Part shown: in pieces, positions 35,476 to 43,427 of the stretch | Layout: the number at the start of each line of letters is the position of its first letter | How positions within the stretch are numbered: the first letter of the stretch is position 1 | DNA from: a virus | IMG/VR virus record: IMGVR_UViG_3300045974_000513 | Location: 5,092-69,091 of that record | Length of the DNA: 64,000 nt | Reading direction: 5' to 3' (one strand) | Translations under genes and position numbers: made by a program | Notes under the pieces: generated by a model | What the model was told of the DNA's origin: nothing | Databases searched by the model: none | What the model saw: only the letters and a program-made list of their open reading frames with translations

Positions 35476-38400
35476 TTCTTCCCCTTCCGCTTCGGGGCCA
35501 CGATCCCCTCGGCCCGCATCACGAACGGCGAGAAGCCCCCGTTGCGCCCGTCGGTCAGCACGCCGTAGTACTTCGTCTCCGACATCGACTTGTAGACGTC
35601 CTTCGTCGAGATGCGGATCCCGAAGTACCCAGCGCCCGGCACCCACCCCAGCGTCGGGTCGACGACCTCGCCCGTCGCCTTGTCGACCACCCAGGCGTGG
35701 TGCACCGGGAAGGGCACGCGCGCCGAGACCATGTAACCCTCGGTGTACTCGTACTTCGACGGGTCATCCATCATCAGCTTGGTCGCGTTCATGAAGCACT
35801 CCTTCGGCGCGCCCAGCTTGATGTTCGGTGCCCGCGTCGGCACGTCCATCGCCTTCCCGGCCTTCAGCACGTACTTCGCCAGCGCGCCCACGGAGGCCAT
35901 CGGCGCGATGGCGTCGCGCACCTCGTCGGCCGTCATTGGCTGCCCGTCGAGGTCGGCGTCGCTGCGGACCCCGTCCTTCTGCTTGAGACCCTTCAGCCAC
36001 GCCTGCTCCATGCTCGACATCTGCTTGAAGTCGTCGGGCAGCGGCACAGGCTTGCCGGTCTTGGCCGCCTCGTTGCGGTCGGGGCGAAGCGACGGCGGGT
36101 CTTCACCTGAGTCGGGATCCCACCCGGACGCTGCGTCGGCCTCGGCCATCGCCTGGATCTGCGCCCCCAGCTTCGACCCCGGAAGCGCCTCGATCGACGC
36201 GATCTGCGCCGCCTCGGTCCTCGCCTCGGCCCGGTCCTTCTCGGTGAGGAAGCCCCCGGTCTTCGCGCGGGCCTCCACCAGTCGGTCCGCCATCGCCTCC
36301 ATCGTGGTCTGGAACTTCTCGCCGCCCTCCTTGCCCCCACCGCTGGTGTACTGGTTTCCTCTGAAGGGGTGACCGGGCGCGTCCCCCTTGCGGACCTTGG
36401 CCTTGGCCCACGGTCCTCTCAGCGTCAGCGCATCCCGGTGTCGGACCACGACGTCCCGGTCGGCGTCCGTAAACTCCTTCCCGCGCCGGGCGTCCATGCG
36501 GTCCTGCTCTTCGCGGATGGCCTCGCGGCCCCACGGCAGCGCCTCGGACGCGAAGTCGCCGCGTCGCCCCTGGCCGACGTACTCGCTGGCCTCCTCGCGC
36601 GTCTTGAACGCGCCGCTGTGCGTGACGAACCCGTCCTCCCAGTCGTCCTCGGTCCAGTCGGGCACCGAGAGGATGTCGTGGGACGCGCCGGTAGCGACGA
36701 TCTTGCCGGTGCTCTTCTGGCGGAACCCGGCAGCGCGGAACGGCGCGCCCTTCCCGTCCCACCGATCGCCTCCGCTTGCACCGTCGGTGTGCTGATTCCC
36801 TCGGAAGGGATGGCCCTCTGCGTCCCCCTTGCCGACCCAGCCCTTCGCCACCCAGTCGATCGAGCGCCGCACCGCCTTCACGATCGCGCCCTCGTTGCCG
36901 CGCAGCGCCTTCTCGATGGCGTCCCGGTCGACCCGGACGTTGACGACGTACCCGTCCTCCGCGAACCCGTAGACCTCGCCGCCCTTGTTGGTCGCGTTGG
37001 TCAGCGTCATCCGCAGCAGCACGCGCCCGTCCTTCGACGAGAAGTCCGTCTGCCCCTTCTCGATCAGCGCCTTCGGGTCCGCGCCGTAGGTCTTCGCCAT
37101 CTTCTCGAACTGCTTCTGGTTCAGGTCGAGCACCTTGCCCAACTCCTCGTTGGCGCGGTACCTCGTCGCGTGGACCGTGAGGTGGTCTTCCTCCCACGAG
37201 AAGCCGTCCATCTTCGCGCCCACCATCCCCAGCGTCATCTTGGGCAGCATCCCCGTGATCTCGCCCGCCGCCTTCGTGAAGCGCGCCTTCACCTCGGACG
37301 AGAGGTCGCCGCGCGCACCGATCTGCTCGCGGATCGTCTTCACGCACGTCGCCCGGTCGATCTTCTTCTGGGCGAACTGCGTCAGCGTCTTGATGGACTC
37401 GGGCACCGACCGAAGCAGCGGCGGCGTCTTCTCCTTGGCGAACAGCGCCATGTTGTCGGCCACCGCGAACGCCGTGCCCACCGGCTCGTTGGCGAAGTCG
37501 ATGCCCGCCCAGTCGTGGCCTGCGATCAGGGCCCGGACCTGCTGCGCCCCGTGCGCGCCGAAGGCCTCCTTCACGTCGGGGATCAGCGCATCCTCCGCGT
37601 ACTGCGTGCTCCACCGTGGGTGGTCGCCGTCGAGGAACATCCGCGAGGGTGGCGTGAGGTAGCCCGTGTCGTGGTAGACGGCTGCGAGGGTGACGGCCAC
37701 CCGGTTCTCGGGCGTGTTCTGGTTGCCCGGCAGCACCTTGAGGATGTCCTTCGCCATCTCCGCGTCGCCGTTGAGATGGTGGATGCCGTGGTCGCCCAGC
37801 GTGCGCGACTGCGCCTCGAACTCCTGGGCGATGAGGTGATCGGAGGCTGCCATCGTGAGGCGAGCCGCGACCTCCGGGTGGACGCCCGCCTGGATCAACT
37901 CGTCGTGCAGCCCGCCCACCATCGTCGCAGCGGTCTCGATCGACTTCTCGTGCATCTGGTCGGCGTACTGCATCACGCGCGCGATCGAGTCGGCCCGGCC
38001 ATCGCCCGTGGACGGCCGCTCCCGGTCGCCCAGCAACTCCTCCATCCGCGCAGGCACGGTCGTCTCGGGGTCCGCCAGCGTGTCGCGGTCCCGCACCGAC
38101 ATGCGCGCCCACTTGTCCTTCACCGTGCCGACGTTGTTGTCCTTGGAGTCGGCCGCCAGCGCCGCGTCCGCCTTCTCGCGCCAGTAGTCGAGGGACATCG
38201 TGCCGCGCCGGTCCTCGGCCTCGGCCGTGGTGTCGCGGCTGGTGCCAGCGTCGTCCTCGTCGCCGCCACCGCCGGTCCCATCGGTCCATTGGTTCCCTCT
38301 GAAGGGATGCCCGTCGCTGTCGCCCTTGCCGATCCGGCTGGCCTTCGGGTGATCCTTCAGCCGCGCCGCGACGATCTGGTCCGCCTCGGCCTTCGACCCC

Positions 38401-41400
38401 ACGTAGTCGGCGGAGTGCGTCTCGTTCCCCTCGGCGTCCTTCCGCTGCACCACCCAGTTGCGCGAGTGGCGGTCGTACCAGCGCTCGATGGTCGCAACCG
38501 GCACGTCCATCATCGCGGGGTGGCGATCGAAGGCGTCGTCCACCGGATCAGCGGGCTGCGCCTTCGACGCGAGGTGCGCCTTGTACTGCTGGACCGCCTC
38601 CTCCTTGTCGAACGTGGAGGTCTCGAACCGCTTCGCGCTCGGCCCGTCCGCCGGGTCTTGGAACGCCCAGACCTTGCCCGCCGACTCCTCGTCCACGTCC
38701 TCGGCGTTGTCGGGATCCTCCTCCTTGATGGCGAGGTGCGGCTTGCCATCGATGTTGGCGACCGCGTCGCACTCTTGGTAGAGGAAGTCGGAATTCGACA
38801 TCGAGACGCCGCGAATCGCGCCCTCCTTCTTGGGCATCTTCACTCGCGCCTCGTAGAGCAGGAACGCGTCGTACCCGAAGTCGAAGTGGTCGATGTTGTC
38901 GCGCTTCGCCTCGGGCATCGCGGCCAGCGCGTCGGCCATCCGCTCGCGGTCGGCGCGCGAACGCTCGTGCGGCCTGACCTTGTTGTCGGGCAGGGAAGCG
39001 CCGCCTGCTGCGCCGCCCCCCGTGCCATCGGAGAACTGGTTTCCACGGAAAGGGTGCCCCGCGAAGTCGCCCTTCTTCACCCCGGCGCGCGCGTAGGCGT
39101 CCAGGGTGCCGATCAGGAAGGCGTCCTTCCCGAACCGCATCCCGTCCCACCCCTTCGCCTTCAGCCGGGCGATGGCGCGGTCGTTCCCCTGGATGAACAC
39201 CTCCGCCGCCAGATCGTCGAAGTCGGTGCGCGACATCGACGCTGGGTCGACCCCGGTGGCGTACCCGACGATGGCCTTCGCCCCCGGCGCGTTCCAGTCC
39301 CCCAGGTCGAGCAGGCGCGGCTGGCGATGCACACCGTAGGCCTTGGTGTCGCCCCATTGCCCTGCGCTCGCCCGGTCCGTGCTGACGTACACGCCCTGCG
39401 GGAAGGAGGAGGAGACCTGTTCGTTGCCTCCCGCCGATCCCCGGTAGACGACGTCCGGCAGGCTGCCCCCACCGTCGGTGTACTGATTGCCTCGGAAGGG
39501 GTGTCCATCGACGTCCCCCTTCGCCACCTTCTCGGCATCGAACCCGACGCCGCCCTCGTCCGCTGCCTGCGGGTCGTCGACGAGGATGGGGATCACCGCG
39601 CACCGGCAGTTCGGATGGGCAGGCGGCCCCTCGATCTGGTCGCCGTCGTAGTCGAAGAGGCTGCCCAGCGGCACCTCCTCGCCGTCCATCTCGTCGCACT
39701 TCGGGCAGCAGTCCGCGCCGGTCGCCCAGCGCACGCCCTCGACCACGCCTGAGTCCTCCCAGGCGATGAGGTTGCCCGCGACGTTGGCGATGGCGAGTTC
39801 GGTGCGCGCGATCATCTCGGCGCGCGGCCCGTGGAACAGCGGGTTCGTGTAGAGGGCCTCCCGAAGCTGGGCGACGGTCGCCTCGTCCTCGATGGCGGCC
39901 TCGACCATGCGCTGCACACCGTCCTGCATCGTGTTCGTGATGCCGGTGATCATGTTGCCCGCGTGCAGGGTGGCCCACTCCGCCGCGCGCTGATGCACGA
40001 GGTCGATCGCCACGCCGACGGAGAGGACGCCCTGCGACCGCAGTTGCTTCAGCGCCGCCTCGGCAGCGAGCTTCACGGTGTCGCCCAGGTCGCCCTGGAT
40101 GGCTGCGATCAGGGAGTCGAGGTCTTCCTGCGTGACGACCGTCCGCAGCCGATCGATGTCGGCAGCGGTGATGGTGATGCCCTCGGCCTTCTCGACCTCG
40201 ACGCCCAACTCCTGGGCGAGGCGCGCGAGGTACTCGGCGAAGAACACGTTGAGGCGGCCAGCGATGACCTCCTCCAACGCGGTCAGTCGGGGTACCGCAT
40301 GACCCGGTCTTTTCCGGGGACCGCGCGTCCCCCGACCTCCCTTCAGCACGTCGAGGTCGAGGTCGGCCTTGTAGCTGGCCTTCGACCGGGACGCCTCTCG
40401 GGCCGCTTGGCTGTGCGCGCGGGCCGACGGGTGCTTCTGGCGCAGCGCCTCGGCAGCGAGCCTGTGCTTGGCCTCGATGGTGCGGTGATGCGTCGCGGCC
40501 TGCTCGTCGTTCCCTCGCTCGGCGCGTTCGGCCTGCCCGCGCGAGTACTCTGCGGCGGCCTCGTGCTGGTCGGGCTTCCTCGCGCTTCGGGCGGCCTTGT
40601 ACTGGCGCATCTCCTCGGCGTAGTCGCGCGGGCCCTCGGGCGCGGGAGCGCTTCCACCGTCGGAGTACTGGTTGCCTCGGAATTCGTGGCCGGGGATGTC
40701 ACCCTTGGCGAGCCAGAGGAGGCGGTCCTTGGAACGGAAGACGACGTCACCGTTCTCCAGCGTGGTGTAGTCCCCCTCGTGCTGTAGCTTGGCGAACGGG
40801 TTGGGCTTCTTCGCGCCGAACGGCGGAGCACCACCAGCGGGCTTCCCCCCGAACGGACTGCCCCCCTTGGCCCCGAACGGCGGCGCACCTGTTGGCTTTC
40901 CGAACGGCGGCGCGCCGGGCTTGCCCCCCCCGAACGGATTCGGCTTCGCACCGAACGGAGGCGGCGGCCCACCGGGGCCTCCCTGGGGGGGTGAAGGCGG
41001 CCCGGACGATCCAGGCACTCCCGGTGGACCGCCAAAGGGATTCATCGGCGGAGGCGGCGGGTCGTCGAGCCCCTCGATCGGCTCCCACCCGTAGGCGTCG
41101 CGCGCCTCGTTCTTCGTGGCGATGCCTGCGGCGGTGAGGGCGCACCAGACGTCCGACTTGATCTTCGGGTCGCTGATCTCCTCGTCCTCGTAGGCGAACT
41201 CCATCTCGGGCGCGTCGAACGCGGTCGCGAGGATGGTGTCCATCACGTCCTTCCACCACAGCTTCAGCGGTTCGAGGCCCTCGGACAGCGCCTGCTTCTC
41301 GGCTGTCTCGGCGGTGGCGCGGTTCATCTGCGCAACCAGCGCCTGGGGGGAGAGGCTGAACGCGTAGCAGATGAGCCGCGCGAGCCACTCGTCGAACATG

Positions 41401-43412
41401 TCCTTGAGGATCGGCTCCTTCGTGGGGATGGGCTTGATGCCGCCGGGGACGAAGCGCATGCGGCGGCGCGCCTCGGTGTCGCCCGACAGGATGGTGTCCC
41501 AGTAGGTCTGGAATTCGGCGACCTGGGCCGGGGTCCACGTCTCGGGGACGCCCATGATCATGTCGGGGATGGAACCGGCGGTGTAGTACTCGCCCTGCGA
41601 CATCTGGCGGCGCAGCGCGATGTCCACCGTGGTGACGACCTGCTCGACGGGGCTCTGCCCGTAGATGCGGTTCGAGCGCACGTTGCGCGGCGAGTACACG
41701 ACCTCGTCGGTGGTGTACTGGAACGCGGGCATCCCCTTGAGGTTCTGGACGAAGGCGGGGTCGGGCGGGCGAGGGGTGCGGCCGTCCTCGCGCAAGAGGC
41801 GCTTCAGCGTCGCGCCGTCCACGACCTCCAGCAGGACGCCGACCTCGTCGGCGGTGTGCGTGGCGATCTTGATGGGCTTCTTCGCCATCGGGTTGCCGTC
41901 GGGATCGAGCAGGGGCTTGCCCTGGGCGTCGAGGCGCGGCTTGAAGTCGGCGGGGGGCAGGGGCGCGCCGTCGGGCCCCAGCTTCGGTTCCTCGGGCGGC
42001 AGAGGCTTCCCGTCCGGGCCGAGGCGAGGCTTCGCGGGGGGCAGGGGCTTACCATCGGGACCGAGGCGCGGCTTCTCGTCGCCGCCCTCCTCGTCGGCGG
42101 GGCCGAACGGCTTGTCGCCTGTCGGTGCATCCTGCTTCTCGCCAGCCCGCGCCTCGCGATCACCACTCGCAGGAGACCCCGGACGTGCGCCGGGCGACGG
42201 TGGCGTGCCCTCGCCCCCCTCGGACGGCGGTTCGCCGTCTCGCTGCGACCCCTCCGCCCTGACGCCAGCGCCGGGCTGCGCGCCAGCGTCCCTGCCATCG
42301 GCTACGGCAGGCCCCTCCCTCTTCGGGCCGCCCGGGAACCGCCCGGCGGCCTTCGCGATGTCCTCGCCGATCGACAGCTTGCGGGCCGCGAACGGGTTCG
42401 GCTTCTTCTCGGGCTGCGCCGGATCACCATTCGAGGAACCGGCGTCGCTGCCGGTTCCTCCGGTCGGCTCGGCCCGCGCGTCCCGCGCCGATGCGTCACG
42501 GGGTGCGGCGAGGGATCCCGATGCGGGAGCGTCGCCTGCGGGAGGCTCGCCACCGAACGACCAATGGTCGTCCTTGCCCTCCGCCGGGGCCCCGGCCTGC
42601 CCCGCAGGGCCGCGCGGCGCGCCCAAGGGGCGTCCCTGGTCGCCTTCAGCACCCGCCTCGCCGGGCGGGCCGCCAGCTTCGCCAGCGCCCTGCTCCTGGC
42701 CGTCGCCCTGCCCGTCGAGCCCGCCCTCGATCGCGCCCTCGTCGTCCTGCGTCGGCTGCCCGAACGGCGGCGGCCCACCCTGGCCCGGCACCTTCCCGCC
42801 CAGCGCCCCAGGCACGCCCATCACGTCCGGCTCGTCCTCGATCGACGACGGCAGGTTCGGCTTGCCCCGGGTCCGGTTGATGTAGATGGCGGGCGCGTCG
42901 ATCACCAGCAGGTCTTCCAGCAGCGCCCGCTGCCACACGCGGAACGGCGTCACGCCATCGGGCCGACGCAGCGCAGCCTTGATCGCCCGCGCCTTCTCGC
43001 CGCCGTTGCCCTGGTCGTCGCGCAGCTTGATCGTCCATTGCTGCCCGGCCATCTGATCCTTGCGGGTCTCGATGGCGAGGCGCATCAGGTCGAGCCCGCC
43101 CAGTAGCGGATCCGCCATGCGCCGCAGGGTGGTGAAGTTGATCAGGTTCTCGCCTGTCTCTCCACGAGGCAGGTACGTCATGTTCACGGCGAACGGGTAG
43201 TCGAAGGCGCGGCCCTTCGACTCGTCGGGCGCGACAGGCGGCATGGGCTTCGATGGCCCGAACCAACCGTCGGGCGCGCGCCCGGTGATCGCGAAGCGCG
43301 CTGCCGAGGAGACCGTGTCCCAGAACGACTTGGAGGGCTCGACCTTGCCGGGCTGCGTCTCCGTCATCTCGATCTCGCGGCCCCCGGCCGCCTTCCCATT
43401 CGGCGTCGCCAT
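35472..43412 (-). CDS. Portal protein fused to MuF (SPP1 gp7-like) and six motif-tagged cargo units (2646 aa)
   Basis: Portal motifs (LAIETRKDQ, YGQSPVEQ, DEWLARLIC, MNRATAE, EGLEPL) directly after terL; MuF RAEMIARTE...CPKC...PPAHPNCRC; then ART-like, unknown, HD hydrolase, small domain and papain-like peptidase. Confidence 0.92.
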   Translation of the reverse strand: MATPNGKAAGGREIEMTETQPGKVEPSKSFWDTVSSAARFAITGRAPDGWFGPSKPMPPVAPDESKGRAFDYPFAVNMTYLPRGETGENLINFTTLRRMADPLLGGLDLMRLAIETRKDQMAGQQWTIKLRDDQGNGGEKARAIKAALRRPDGVTPFRVWQRALLEDLLVIDAPAIYINRTRGKPNLPSSIEDEPDVMGVPGALGGKVPGQGGPPPFGQPTQDDEGAIEGGLDGQGDGQEQGAGEAGGPPGEAGAEGDQGRPLGAPRGPAGQAGAPAEGKDDHWSFGGEPPAGDAPASGSLAAPRDASARDARAEPTGGTGSDAGSSNGDPAQPEKKPNPFAARKLSIGEDIAKAAGRFPGGPKREGPAVADGRDAGAQPGAGVRAEGSQRDGEPPSEGGEGTPPSPGARPGSPASGDREARAGEKQDAPTGDKPFGPADEEGGDEKPRLGPDGKPLPPAKPRLGPDGKPLPPEEPKLGPDGAPLPPADFKPRLDAQGKPLLDPDGNPMAKKPIKIATHTADEVGVLLEVVDGATLKRLLREDGRTPRPPDPAFVQNLKGMPAFQYTTDEVVYSPRNVRSNRIYGQSPVEQVVTTVDIALRRQMSQGEYYTAGSIPDMIMGVPETWTPAQVAEFQTYWDTILSGDTEARRRMRFVPGGIKPIPTKEPILKDMFDEWLARLICYAFSLSPQALVAQMNRATAETAEKQALSEGLEPLKLWWKDVMDTILATAFDAPEMEFAYEDEEISDPKIKSDVWCALTAAGIATKNEARDAYGWEPIEGLDDPPPPPMNPFGGPPGVPGSSGPPSPPQGGPGGPPPPFGAKPNPFGGGKPGAPPFGKPTGAPPFGAKGGSPFGGKPAGGAPPFGAKKPNPFAKLQHEGDYTTLENGDVVFRSKDRLLWLAKGDIPGHEFRGNQYSDGGSAPAPEGPRDYAEEMRQYKAARSARKPDQHEAAAEYSRGQAERAERGNDEQAATHHRTIEAKHRLAAEALRQKHPSARAHSQAAREASRSKASYKADLDLDVLKGGRGTRGPRKRPGHAVPRLTALEEVIAGRLNVFFAEYLARLAQELGVEVEKAEGITITAADIDRLRTVVTQEDLDSLIAAIQGDLGDTVKLAAEAALKQLRSQGVLSVGVAIDLVHQRAAEWATLHAGNMITGITNTMQDGVQRMVEAAIEDEATVAQLREALYTNPLFHGPRAEMIARTELAIANVAGNLIAWEDSGVVEGVRWATGADCCPKCDEMDGEEVPLGSLFDYDGDQIEGPPAHPNCRCAVIPILVDDPQAADEGGVGFDAEKVAKGDVDGHPFRGNQYTDGGGSLPDVVYRGSAGGNEQVSSSFPQGVYVSTDRASAGQWGDTKAYGVHRQPRLLDLGDWNAPGAKAIVGYATGVDPASMSRTDFDDLAAEVFIQGNDRAIARLKAKGWDGMRFGKDAFLIGTLDAYARAGVKKGDFAGHPFRGNQFSDGTGGGAAGGASLPDNKVRPHERSRADRERMADALAAMPEAKRDNIDHFDFGYDAFLLYEARVKMPKKEGAIRGVSMSNSDFLYQECDAVANIDGKPHLAIKEEDPDNAEDVDEESAGKVWAFQDPADGPSAKRFETSTFDKEEAVQQYKAHLASKAQPADPVDDAFDRHPAMMDVPVATIERWYDRHSRNWVVQRKDAEGNETHSADYVGSKAEADQIVAARLKDHPKASRIGKGDSDGHPFRGNQWTDGTGGGGDEDDAGTSRDTTAEAEDRRGTMSLDYWREKADAALAADSKDNNVGTVKDKWARMSVRDRDTLADPETTVPARMEELLGDRERPSTGDGRADSIARVMQYADQMHEKSIETAATMVGGLHDELIQAGVHPEVAARLTMAASDHLIAQEFEAQSRTLGDHGIHHLNGDAEMAKDILKVLPGNQNTPENRVAVTLAAVYHDTGYLTPPSRMFLDGDHPRWSTQYAEDALIPDVKEAFGAHGAQQVRALIAGHDWAGIDFANEPVGTAFAVADNMALFAKEKTPPLLRSVPESIKTLTQFAQKKIDRATCVKTIREQIGARGDLSSEVKARFTKAAGEITGMLPKMTLGMVGAKMDGFSWEEDHLTVHATRYRANEELGKVLDLNQKQFEKMAKTYGADPKALIEKGQTDFSSKDGRVLLRMTLTNATNKGGEVYGFAEDGYVVNVRVDRDAIEKALRGNEGAIVKAVRRSIDWVAKGWVGKGDAEGHPFRGNQHTDGASGGDRWDGKGAPFRAAGFRQKSTGKIVATGASHDILSVPDWTEDDWEDGFVTHSGAFKTREEASEYVGQGRRGDFASEALPWGREAIREEQDRMDARRGKEFTDADRDVVVRHRDALTLRGPWAKAKVRKGDAPGHPFRGNQYTSGGGKEGGEKFQTTMEAMADRLVEARAKTGGFLTEKDRAEARTEAAQIASIEALPGSKLGAQIQAMAEADAASGWDPDSGEDPPSLRPDRNEAAKTGKPVPLPDDFKQMSSMEQAWLKGLKQKDGVRSDADLDGQPMTADEVRDAIAPMASVGALAKYVLKAGKAMDVPTRAPNIKLGAPKECFMNATKLMMDDPSKYEYTEGYMVSARVPFPVHHAWVVDKATGEVVDPTLGWVPGAGYFGIRISTKDVYKSMSETKYYGVLTDGRNGGFSPFVMRAEGIVAPKRKGKK

Positions 43413-43427
43413 CTCGTGCTCCCCAGC

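Larger units (their letters stand above)
18417..40706 (-). repeat. Dispersed 42-nt / 14-aa motif KGDxxGH[PEA]FRGNQ[YWFH], 25 copies in 6 ORFs
   Basis: Left coordinates (each 42 nt): 18417, 19584, 21882, 22467, 23445, 24673, 25240, 25921, 26936, 27419, 28076, 28478, 28961, 29756, 30248, 33772, 34240, 34765, 35335, 36348, 36789, 38286, 39033, 39480, 40665. A truncated LNKGDLD lies near 33184-33204. Confidence 0.98.

Noticed and set aside
18417-40706. Tag repeats as a CRISPR array or integron/shufflon-type DNA recombination sites
   Set aside because: Copies vary freely at synonymous positions, are always in frame within ORFs, are 400 nt or more apart and irregularly spaced, are not palindromic, and no cas or recombinase gene is visible. 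Occasional homologous recombination between copies remains possible.
41845-42857. Portal insertion as an intein or intron
   Set aside because: No N-terminal Cys/Ser splice block, no His-Asn end, no homing endonuclease; low-complexity and in frame.
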